Below are positions 24,171 through 32,105 of a stretch of 38,248 nt of DNA, one piece after another. Within the stretch, counting starts at the first letter, position 1; each line of letters begins with the position of its first letter. The notes beneath the pieces are model-generated. The model was not told where the DNA came from and did no database searches. It saw nothing but the letters and a program-made list of their open reading frames with translations. Source of the stretch: Candidatus Woesearchaeota archaeon (GTDB taxonomy: Archaea; Nanobdellota; Nanobdellia; Woesearchaeales; JASKKU01); NCBI GenBank assembly GCA_011045925.1, contig DSBS01000049.1, positions 1-38,248 of the forward strand, read 5' to 3'. The position numbers and the translations under genes are program-made.

Positions 24171-26165
24171 TCAAAATGACGACAGCTTCTTGTGTATCAG
24201 GTTAAGGTCATCATAAATCCTCTGCTTTGACTTCTTGTCAAGCTGCTGGTAAAGGGAAAGCATCCTGATGTATTTTTCCTTTGCAATAGAAAGCTCGTCT
24301 TTTGATATTTTCTTTTTTGGCGACAGCAAAGCATTTGTCTCATCAATAAGGTTCTTAAGCTTCGCATATTCTTCCGGCTCTGCCTTTTCCTGCTTCTGGC
24401 TTTTCCTCCTTATGGTTTTTCTTGTGTTTATCCCCAGATCATTCCTGCTTAAGAAAGACTGCATCGCAACCAGTACAATCAGCAGCACAAGAAGCCAGGA
24501 AACAAGAAGGGACATCTGAAACAAAATCTCTGAGAATGAAGAGCCGTGTATTAAAACCTGCCTGAAAAGATACTCAGACAGGTTAAGCGGATTAAGCCTC
24601 AGTACATTCTGCACTCCGGCTGAGAAACCTTCTATCGGGAAGATTATGCCCGAGAATATAACCAGGAATAAAGAGAGCAGTATAGCAACCGTAGAAGAAG
24701 ACTCTTCTGAAGAAAGGATGTTCCCAACAAGAATGCCCAAGATTATAAACACAGAAGATGAAAGAAAAGTAATTAAAACAACTGACAAAAACGAGCCTAT
24801 TCCGGAAATGGAAGACGAAAAAGCAAGCGAAATTATTGCCAGGACAATAAAAACCTGGACAAAAAGGATTATCAGGGTTGTGAGATAGCTGCCAAAGCCA
24901 AAAACAGATTCTTTTGTTGGGGCAACAAGATTCCTTATGTGGGCGCTTGAGTTTTTCTCAATCTGCATAAGGGTTGATGAGATTACAATGCTTATAAACA
25001 TGATTATCATTGCAAGCATGGTTGGAAAAAGCACAGCCATTGAGGTTTTTTCCTGGACAACAGGCATAACCTCAGTCTTGAACGGCTCGGTAATCTGCTC
25101 TGAAGAAAGAATCCTTATCTCATTTGCGTGCCTTTCTATATCATTGAGAGACTTCTGAACCAGGAAGATGTCACCAAGCATATTAGTGGTATCCTGCTTG
25201 CCTGTAAGCATGTATGAGAGCGTTTTTTCCTTAGATGCCTGAATGGATTCCAGCAGTATTTTAATTTCTGCTATGCTTTTTTCTACATCTGACAATCTTG
25301 CTGAAAGTGCTTCTGTTGAAGAAGAAAGGGCTTGCTTGTCTGAAGTGACAGCAACAATAGATGAGTTAATATTCTGAATCATATCATCTATAATCGGATT
25401 TAGCATCGAGGACACTTGAGGATCATTCAAGCTCGCCACAGTTAACTTGAGATTCCTTGCTGATGACTGGACTTCCTGGAATTTTGTAAGAGACCTTAAG
25501 GCAATAACATCAGAGCGTGTCTTTACATCTGCAATGGTATTTCTAAACTCTGTAATCTTAAATCGGTTAAAATCGTAAACCGGGTTAATTATATCAATAA
25601 ATGATGAGGCTGCTGTAAGCGAGCTGGAGAGCTTGTCGTTAATTGTAGTCAGGCGGTTCACTATCGGCTTGCCTGCTGAAATTTCTGTTGTGGTAAAGGT
25701 AATGAAATCCAGCAGCGTGCCTACCAGGTCTTTTGAAACTTCCCTCATCTTGTCTTCTGCAGGTGTAAAAAGGATGTCCTTGATAATCCATGCCAGGTTA
25801 ATCTGAGAATAATCAACATAGAAATTTATGAACCCCTCATACTCCCTGTCCACACGCAAGCCTTCAGAGAAAACCACGCAGGCATGAAAGGAGCCCATAC
25901 GGACAGAATCTATGCACTCCTGCTCCGAGCCAAGCCTGTCAACAACAAACCCTTCTTTTCTTAAAGAGTCAATATAAGAGTTTGAAAGTGCACTGTAAGT
26001 CGGGCTGAAAACCCCAACCTTTATGTTAAAGCGTGTCTGGGTATCCAGGGCAACACCGGACATAAATACAATAAGAAGAGGGCCAATCAGCATAAGCAGC
26101 GAAGAAAGCTTGCTTCTCATAAGAAGCTTCATATCCTTTTTTATTACCTCTAAGATTCTTCTCAT
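24171..26165 (-). CDS. ABC-2 type permease with large extracytoplasmic helical domain (paralog of 21445-23208)
   Basis: Same layout as its paralog: N-terminal TM, a ~350-aa hydrophilic domain, about 5 C-terminal TM segments, and a ~90-aa charged helical cytoplasmic tail. Confidence 0.7.
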   Translation of the reverse strand: MRRILEVIKKDMKLLMRSKLSSLLMLIGPLLIVFMSGVALDTQTRFNIKVGVFSPTYSALSNSYIDSLRKEGFVVDRLGSEQECIDSVRMGSFHACVVFSEGLRVDREYEGFINFYVDYSQINLAWIIKDILFTPAEDKMREVSKDLVGTLLDFITFTTTEISAGKPIVNRLTTINDKLSSSLTAASSFIDIINPVYDFNRFKITEFRNTIADVKTRSDVIALRSLTKFQEVQSSARNLKLTVASLNDPQVSSMLNPIIDDMIQNINSSIVAVTSDKQALSSSTEALSARLSDVEKSIAEIKILLESIQASKEKTLSYMLTGKQDTTNMLGDIFLVQKSLNDIERHANEIRILSSEQITEPFKTEVMPVVQEKTSMAVLFPTMLAMIIMFISIVISSTLMQIEKNSSAHIRNLVAPTKESVFGFGSYLTTLIILFVQVFIVLAIISLAFSSSISGIGSFLSVVLITFLSSSVFIILGILVGNILSSEESSSTVAILLSLFLVIFSGIIFPIEGFSAGVQNVLRLNPLNLSEYLFRQVLIHGSSFSEILFQMSLLVSWLLVLLIVLVAMQSFLSRNDLGINTRKTIRRKSQKQEKAEPEEYAKLKNLIDETNALLSPKKKISKDELSIAKEKYIRMLSLYQQLDKKSKQRIYDDLNLIHKKLSSF

Positions 26166-26168
26166 TTG

Positions 26169-27125
26169 CTAAATCAGCTCGAACATTTCCTCAAGCGGCG
26201 GCTTCCTGAGCCTTACATCAATTATCTTCTCCTTATTGCTATCCAGGATTGAGATAAACCTCTTAAGCGAGTCATGCCCGTTCTCAACAAGAAAAATAAG
26301 GTAGTTCATCTGCTTGATGTGCTTCCTTATCTTAATGTGCTTGTCTTTGTAGGCCTGGCTTATAATCTTGTCATAGTTGCCCGGGACTGACTCAACAACA
26401 ACCTGGTCATAAAGGCTTATCCTCTCCCTTATTTCTGCCGGAGTGCCCACAGTGATAAGGTTTCCTTCATGCAGAACTGCTATCCTGTCGCAAACCTGCT
26501 CCAGGTCATTTATGAAATGAGAGCAAAGAATTACTGTTTTTCCTTTCTCATTGATTCTTTTTGTAAGAAACCAGATTTCCTTTCTTAGCAGTGGGTCAAG
26601 CTCGCCGGTAGGTTCATCCAAAAGAAGAATTAGCGGGTTATGGACAATTGAGATAGCCATATCCAGCCTTTTTTGCATCCCACCTGAAAGCTCCTCTGCA
26701 AGCTTATCCCTGTGCTGCTTAAGCTCAAACAGATCCAGCAGCACATTTATTCTCTGCTGCAAAAGCCCTTTACCAACAAGCATCATATTGCCAAAAAAGC
26801 TTAGGTTTTCCTTTATAGTCAGCTTGGTGTAAAAAGAGGGATGCTGACTTGAGAATCCAACGTGAGAGCGAAAATAGTCCAGATGCTCGTTAACAGGCTT
26901 GAACACATAGTCTTTTTTCCTTTTGTGCGAAAAAAGGACTGTTCCTGAAGAAGGCTTAACCAGCCCCAACAATGAAAGAAGCAGGGTTGTCTTGCCTGAG
27001 CCGGATACGCCGACAACACCAAGTATCTCTGAGCTGTGAACAGAGAGGTTTATATTGTTAAGAATGCGGTTGTCCCCAAAGTAAACACTAAGGTCCTGGG
27101 TCTTAAGAATAACTTTTGAGTCCAT
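26169..27125 (-). CDS. ABC transporter ATP-binding protein
   Basis: Walker A GVSGSGKTT, signature LSGGMQKRL, Walker B LLLDEPTGELD. A/T-rich TATA centred about 26 nt upstream of the ATG. Confidence 0.9.
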   Translation of the reverse strand: MDSKVILKTQDLSVYFGDNRILNNINLSVHSSEILGVVGVSGSGKTTLLLSLLGLVKPSSGTVLFSHKRKKDYVFKPVNEHLDYFRSHVGFSSQHPSFYTKLTIKENLSFFGNMMLVGKGLLQQRINVLLDLFELKQHRDKLAEELSGGMQKRLDMAISIVHNPLILLLDEPTGELDPLLRKEIWFLTKRINEKGKTVILCSHFINDLEQVCDRIAVLHEGNLITVGTPAEIRERISLYDQVVVESVPGNYDKIISQAYKDKHIKIRKHIKQMNYLIFLVENGHDSLKRFISILDSNKEKIIDVRLRKPPLEEMFELI

Positions 27126-27180
27126 TGCTCTCTTAATAAAACTTGTTTTTTAAAAAAAGTTGTAATCATTAAAGAATGTA

Positions 27181-27460
27181 GAACGGACAGAAATAAGCCG
27201 CCTTCTGTTGCTGAAACAGCATGCGAGCATTTGACTAAGCGGATAAACCTTGCACCCAGGAGGGACTGGCATCTCATCCTTTCCTGTGAACTTGCTCTGC
27301 CTGTTATCTCCCTTTGAAAAGGTTCAAGCGCATCATTGCGGACACAGGGGGTTTTATTTCTTTTCAGTTGCCATGCCTTTTAAGCATGCCCTTTTGAGGG
27401 CCTCAAAAAGGGTGGGCGGACTTTCCTCAGTAAAACCGGAAGCTCGCTATCTGTCCGTTC
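27181..27460 (-). ncRNA. rnpB: RNase P RNA (compact archaeal form)
   Basis: On the minus strand: CR-I GAGGAAAGTCCGCCC (27414-27428), CR-V ACAGAAGGCGGCTTAT (27193-27208) and CR-IV-like GGATGAGATGCCAGTCC (27263-27279). Terminal P1 helix GAACGGACAG (27460-27451) pairs with CTGTCCGTTC (27190-27181). Internal hairpins include CATGCT-TAAAA-GGCATG. Confidence 0.85.
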
Positions 27461-27482
27461 AAAAAGCTGGTTAGAAAAAAAG

Positions 27483-27490
27483 AATTTAAA
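27483..27490 (-). promoter_or_regulatory. TATA box for RNase P RNA
   Basis: Minus-strand TTTAAATT centred about 26 nt upstream of the P1 5' end at 27460. Confidence 0.6.
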
Positions 27491-27576
27491 GGTTTTGGTA
27501 TAACAAGCAGGTTTCCACTCTTGTGTAACGAAAAGTTTATAACCCCGAGATTACCCCGCCTTCCTCAGGTGAAACC

Positions 27577-27855
27577 ATGGAAAACAAGATTGAAAGAACC
27601 CTTGATGAGCAATATCTGATATATAGCGCGCCAAATGATTTTCTTGATGGATACTTTGATTATATCGAGCTTAAAAAGCTGCCTTCCATAAGAGGCCCTT
27701 ACTCTAGGGCGGAAGATAAGAAGATGCCTTATGAAAGGTTCAGAGAAAAAATTTTCTCGCCTGAAGATTTCAGCCAGGGCTATAAAGAAATAACCGGAAG
27801 TGAACCTGAGGACAAAGACCTTTTATTTGACATAATCAGGTTTCATTCAGATTAA
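27577..27855 (+). CDS. Hypothetical protein
   Basis: 92-aa acidic ORF. AGGTGA SD lies 5 nt upstream, with TATA-like GTTTATAAC further upstream. No recognisable motif. Confidence 0.55.
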   Translation: MENKIERTLDEQYLIYSAPNDFLDGYFDYIELKKLPSIRGPYSRAEDKKMPYERFREKIFSPEDFSQGYKEITGSEPEDKDLLFDIIRFHSD

Positions 27856-27968
27856 GCCATAAAAGTTTAGCTTTTTCTTTTTGCTTGTTTGCAAAAGGAG
27901 ACAAGCCCCGCCAGAAGTGCCGAAATTTTTTCGAAATGTTTTAATAATCTAAAACATACCCCTGGGGC

Positions 27969-28541
27969 ATGATGCAAGTAATAACTAAAGACGAAATAGA
28001 CCTAAAGCCTCATATTTTCATCAAAGATTTTCTTCAGGGCAAGCTTGCTGTTTACCCCACTGATACCATTTATGGATTGGGTGCTATTGCAACAGACAAC
28101 AGGGCTGTAAAAAAAATCAGGGATATTAAAAAAAACAACCTGCCGTTTTCTGTAATGGTCCCGGGAATTGATTGGATTAGAGAGAACTGCCATGTAAATG
28201 AGGAAGCAGAAGAATGGATTAAAAAGCTTCCAGGCCCTTTTACCCTAATACTTAAGCTTAAGAAAAAGACCGACATATCTGGTTATGTAAACAATGGCCT
28301 AGAAACAATAGGAGTCAGGATTCCCAACCACTGGATGCAGAGGATTGTCAGGGAGATTGGAGCGCCCATTGTCTCAACTGCAGCCACAGGACCTGATGGA
28401 AGCCTTATTGAAATGCCCGAGGATGTAGACTCACGGCATAAAAAGCACATTCAATACTTCATCAGCGAAAGGCTTATGCTTAGAAAGCCTTCAATTGTTA
28501 TTGACCTTACAAAGGAGATTGCTTCTATTGTGCGAAAATGA
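27969..28541 (+). CDS. tsaC: L-threonylcarbamoyladenylate synthase, YrdC/TsaC-type (single domain)
   Basis: VYPTDTIYGLGA, LPGPFTLIL, IGVRIPNH, PIVSTAAT and KPSIVIDLT blocks parallel the YrdC/Sua5 N-domain. 190 aa. Confidence 0.8.
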   Translation: MMQVITKDEIDLKPHIFIKDFLQGKLAVYPTDTIYGLGAIATDNRAVKKIRDIKKNNLPFSVMVPGIDWIRENCHVNEEAEEWIKKLPGPFTLILKLKKKTDISGYVNNGLETIGVRIPNHWMQRIVREIGAPIVSTAATGPDGSLIEMPEDVDSRHKKHIQYFISERLMLRKPSIVIDLTKEIASIVRK

Positions 28542-29146
28542 GAGTTCTTGCTGTAGGAGATTTGCACGGAGACATCTCCCTGGCAAAGCAGATTTCCAAA
28601 AAAGCCAATGACGAAAAAGCGGATCTGGTTGTTATATGCGGCGACTTAACTCACTTCGATCAGGTTCCGAAGGGGTTTATTCATGAATTTGTCAAAAAGG
28701 GGCATAAAGTACTCTTTGTTCCTGGGAACCACGATTCAGAGACCAGCGCGGACTTCTTCTCTGGAACGTACAGCATAAGAAACCTTAATGAAGGCCCGGC
28801 TGTTTACGGCAATATTGCCTTTATAGGAGCAGGAGGGGCCTGCGTGGGGCCGTTCCCAACAAGTGAGTCCCGGCTGCAGTATCTTATGGAGAGAAACTTT
28901 GGCAGGCTTGAATCAGCTTCAGGATTAAAAAAGATACTAGTTACGCATACACACCCCGAGGGCACCCTGATGGAAAGGTTTACCGGGTTTTTTAAAGGAA
29001 GCCGGGCACTAAGGGAAGGTATTGAAAAAATGCAGCCTGATGTGGTTCTCTGTTCACATGTCCATGAGGCTTCGGGCATTGAGGAGAAGATTGGGAAGAC
29101 AAGAATAATTAATGTAAGCAGGGTAGGAAAAATACTCGAATTGTAA
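28538..29146 (+). CDS. Metallophosphoesterase (calcineurin-like, YfcE/MJ0936 type)
   Basis: MRVLAVGDLHGD, CGDLTH, GNHD, THTHP and CSHVHE motifs. ATGA overlap with tsaC. Confidence 0.85.
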   Translation: MRVLAVGDLHGDISLAKQISKKANDEKADLVVICGDLTHFDQVPKGFIHEFVKKGHKVLFVPGNHDSETSADFFSGTYSIRNLNEGPAVYGNIAFIGAGGACVGPFPTSESRLQYLMERNFGRLESASGLKKILVTHTHPEGTLMERFTGFFKGSRALREGIEKMQPDVVLCSHVHEASGIEEKIGKTRIINVSRVGKILEL

Positions 29147-29214
29147 AAATCTGGAATGCCAAAGCCCTGGTCAAAAAGAAAAGGTTAAAAACAGGCTTCC
29201 ATTTTACAAAAAAC

Positions 29215-29853
29215 ATGGCTGAAGACGAGATTAATATAACATACGAATCCCTTTTTGATATTCTTAGAAACGAGAAGAAGACTTCCATTGTTCAGCCCCT
29301 GCCAAAAGATTTTTTCAGTGAAGTGCTTGCATATATTGGAGAAAAATACAGGTCCCTTGCCAATGGAAAAACTGAAGACCTGTTTATATCAATAGACAAA
29401 GAAAAGCACCTTAGGGAGCTAAACAACCTTAAGGCAATTATCAAGGAAATTATAGAAAGAAGAACAAAAAAGATTATTGACCTCGCGCAGATTTCTGTTA
29501 AAACCCAGGAGACTTCGGAAGAGCTAAAAAACCTGCTGCCTGAAGAGCAGGTTCTCTTTAAGCAGGCTAGGGATGTCCTGGATAAATACAAAAGAGGGGT
29601 TCCTGACAGGCTGCTTAACCTGAATAAGCCGGACTTTCTTAACTTTAACCAAAGCACAGGCAACAAAAACCAGGAGCAGGAGACAGAAGAAAAGCACGAG
29701 CTTGTTAGAATAATCGCGCCGGTTCCACGTTTCATCGGGCCAGACCTAAAGATATACGGGCCCTTTTCCAATGAAGAGATTGTAAAAATGCCCAGGGAGA
29801 TAACACAAGTCCTTATTAAAAAAAACAGGGCTGAGAAGATAGAGATTAACTAG
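29215..29853 (+). CDS. gins51: GINS complex subunit Gins51 (Sld5/Psf1-like)
   Basis: N-terminal YESLFDILRNEKKTSIVQPLPKDFFSEV. C-terminal B-domain VRIIAPVPRFIGPDLKIYGPFSNEEIVKMPREITQVLIKKNRAEKIEI. Both parallel archaeal Gins51. Confidence 0.72.
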   Translation: MAEDEINITYESLFDILRNEKKTSIVQPLPKDFFSEVLAYIGEKYRSLANGKTEDLFISIDKEKHLRELNNLKAIIKEIIERRTKKIIDLAQISVKTQETSEELKNLLPEEQVLFKQARDVLDKYKRGVPDRLLNLNKPDFLNFNQSTGNKNQEQETEEKHELVRIIAPVPRFIGPDLKIYGPFSNEEIVKMPREITQVLIKKNRAEKIEIN

Positions 29854-29943
29854 CGTGCTAATATGATCTTCTTAAAAGAACTTCATAAGCCTTTTATATA
29901 ACAAGCCAGTCTCTTCTTTTAATAAGCCAGGAGGAAGATTAAA

Positions 29944-30612
29944 ATGGTATGCCCGGGATGGTTCAGAGGCTTTGACTGCTTTTTTGAGCTTATTGGAAGC
30001 CTTGTTCTTCTGATGTTGGGGATTTACAGCCTTCAGATTAAAAAAATAAGCAGCGGAAAAAGGCCGCATCTTTTTTTTCTTGCGTTTGTACTTGTGTCCC
30101 TGTCTTACCTTGTAAGGATTTTCAAGAACATAAACCTGTATTATCCCATCACAAAGAGCTTTAGCTTTCTAGGAATAAACTTTACCTATGAAAGCTATAA
30201 GATTATTCCGCTTGTTGAGCCAGTAACCTTTGTAAGCAGGTGCTTATTTCTTGTGGGGCTATTCCTGCTTTTCTTCTTATTTACAAAATCAAGGGAAAAA
30301 CAGCACCTGCCTTTTATGCTTTATATGCTAATTGTGTTTACATACCTAGTTTCGTTTAACCAGGTTCTCTTTTACCTAACAACAGCACTGCTTTTTGCGC
30401 ATATTGCTGTATTTTACTGCAAAAACTCAGAAAAATGCAAAACCCGTTTCCAGAGAATAATGCTTTCAGCTTTTATCATCCTCGCTGCATCGCAGGTTTT
30501 GTTCCTGCTTTCAAGTTTTCTGCATACGCTTTACGCGCCTGCAGCAATGGTCCAGTTTATTGGGTTCCTGCTTCTTCTTTTTGACTTTGTAATGCTGGTG
30601 AAAACAAGATGA
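29944..30612 (+). CDS. Polytopic membrane protein (hypothetical, ~6-7 TM)
   Basis: 222 aa, highly hydrophobic. TATA CCTTTTATATAAC and AGGAGGA SD upstream. ATGA overlap with the downstream wHTH gene. Confidence 0.6.
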   Translation: MVCPGWFRGFDCFFELIGSLVLLMLGIYSLQIKKISSGKRPHLFFLAFVLVSLSYLVRIFKNINLYYPITKSFSFLGINFTYESYKIIPLVEPVTFVSRCLFLVGLFLLFFLFTKSREKQHLPFMLYMLIVFTYLVSFNQVLFYLTTALLFAHIAVFYCKNSEKCKTRFQRIMLSAFIILAASQVLFLLSSFLHTLYAPAAMVQFIGFLLLLFDFVMLVKTR

Positions 30613-30878
30613 GAAAAAGAGAAAGGATGGAGATTGTATATGACATTCTTTTCTCTGTCCTTAACAGAAGGGGAAAAATGAAGCCCACGCAGCTTATGAC
30701 AAAAGCAAACCTATCCTACAAAATGATGAATGAATACCTTGATGACCTTGTCGAAAAAAGCCTTGTTTCCAGGAAAAAACGGAACCAGCACCAGTACCTT
30801 GAAATTACCGATAAAGGAAGGGATTTCATCGAGAAAGTGATTAAGATGAAAAGGTTCAAGGAAACAATTGGCATCTAA
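30609..30878 (+). CDS. Winged helix DNA-binding protein (HTH_45/COG3432-like)
   Basis: 89 aa. ERMEIVYDILFSVLNRRGKMKPTQLMTKANLSYKMMNEYLDDLVEKSLV....YLEITDKGRDFI matches the small archaeal wHTH regulator pattern. Confidence 0.7.
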   Translation: MRKRERMEIVYDILFSVLNRRGKMKPTQLMTKANLSYKMMNEYLDDLVEKSLVSRKKRNQHQYLEITDKGRDFIEKVIKMKRFKETIGI

Positions 30879-30997
30879 GGCTTAACTAAAGCCTGCTGGA
30901 AGAAGACTAAAAAAATAAAGTAAAAATTATGAGTTTTTTCGTCATAAAAGCGAAAATCTTAAATATAAGGTAGGAGGAGGCTTAAGCAGGCGGTAAT

Positions 30998-31228
30998 ATG
31001 GCCAAAAAAAAAGTTTTGAAATACGTTCTGAACAGGCGAAGAAGGGAAAAAACCTTTTTGGTCCCGGAAAGGGCTATAAACCTAAAGCTCGAAACCCCAA
31101 GGCCTTCAAGAAGCAAAGGCAAGAATATTGTCAAAGTATCCTATGCACCAAGCAGAAAGGAAGGTGTTAAAAGAAGGGTTAAGCTTGTTACGGTTCCAAA
31201 GGGAGCAGAAACCATAAGGCTTGCCTGA
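30998..31228 (+). CDS. Small highly basic protein (hypothetical)
   Basis: 76 aa, Arg/Lys-rich (MAKKKVLKYVLNRRRREK...). TATA CTTAAATATAAGG and GGAGGAGG upstream. Sits immediately 5' of parA. Confidence 0.5.
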   Translation: MAKKKVLKYVLNRRRREKTFLVPERAINLKLETPRPSRSKGKNIVKVSYAPSRKEGVKRRVKLVTVPKGAETIRLA

Positions 31229-31277
31229 GATTTTGAAAACCTTTATATTTTACCACTTTTTCTTTTTTTACTAAAAA

Positions 31278-32027
31278 ATGAGAAAAATTGCAATCATTAA
31301 CCTAAAGGGCGGCGTTGGAAAAACAACATGCACCGTCAATATAGCCTTTGCCTTGGCTGCAAAGGAAAAAAGAATTCTTCTTATAGACCTAGACCCGCAG
31401 GCAAACCTTTCCCTAAGCCTTTTTGCTGCCGGTGAAAAAACAGCTTATGACCTTCTGATAAACGAAACCCATGTCTCTGAATGCCTATTTAAGTACAATG
31501 ATTTTGTGGACATAATTCCAAGCAAAGACCTTGACAAGGCTGAGCTGGCAATGGCAGGCCTTCCAAACAGGGAGAATATCCTGAAGAAGGCACTTGAGCC
31601 CGTATTCAATTATGATTTTGTTTTTATTGACTGCCCGCCTTCTAACAGCCTGCTGAATTATAATGCCCTTTTATATGCTAACGAGGCCTTTGTGCCTGTT
31701 TCAACTGATTACCTTGGAATCACCGGGTTAAGGAAAGTAATTGAAATGGTTGAGTCTGTGAAAAAAGCGTTTGGGCACCCTATAAGCATAACAGGAGTTA
31801 TTCCAACGATGTTTGACCAGAGAAGCAAGGCATGCAAGGAAAGCCTCGCTGAGATAAACAAGGGCTTTAATGGAGAAGTCCTAAGCGAGATAAGAGTCAA
31901 CTCTACCCTAAAAGAAGTGCCAAAAAAAGGGGTGAGCATATTTGAGTATGACAAAAGCTCTCGCGGCGCCAAGGATTATATGAAGATTGCTGAGGAGATT
32001 CTTGACAGCAGGTTCCAGTATTTCTAA
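31278..32027 (+). CDS. parA: ParA/Soj/MinD-family P-loop ATPase
   Basis: Deviant Walker A NLKGGVGKTT, plus LIDLDPQAN and FIDCPPS. 249 aa with no N-terminal HTH. Confidence 0.88.
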   Translation: MRKIAIINLKGGVGKTTCTVNIAFALAAKEKRILLIDLDPQANLSLSLFAAGEKTAYDLLINETHVSECLFKYNDFVDIIPSKDLDKAELAMAGLPNRENILKKALEPVFNYDFVFIDCPPSNSLLNYNALLYANEAFVPVSTDYLGITGLRKVIEMVESVKKAFGHPISITGVIPTMFDQRSKACKESLAEINKGFNGEVLSEIRVNSTLKEVPKKGVSIFEYDKSSRGAKDYMKIAEEILDSRFQYF

Positions 32028-32105
32028 ATAGCCAGGATTTGTTTGCCTCTTCTTAATGCGACATCTTAAAATACAGGCAGGCATTCCATTAAGGCAGAGC
32101 AAAAT

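Noticed and set aside
27050-27474. ORFs 27050-27277 (minus) and 27250-27474 (plus)
   Set aside because: Both fall on the RNase P RNA gene and the ABC promoter region. The conserved RNA motifs and the P1 helix explain the sequence better than either ORF does.
29292-29771. 159-aa antisense ORF inside gins51, and the 127-aa ORF 5087-5470 opposite EncFtn and tRNA-Ser
   Set aside because: The sense-strand genes have clear family signatures and expression signals. The antisense translations are Ser/Leu-rich with no motifs, and one of them crosses a tRNA gene.
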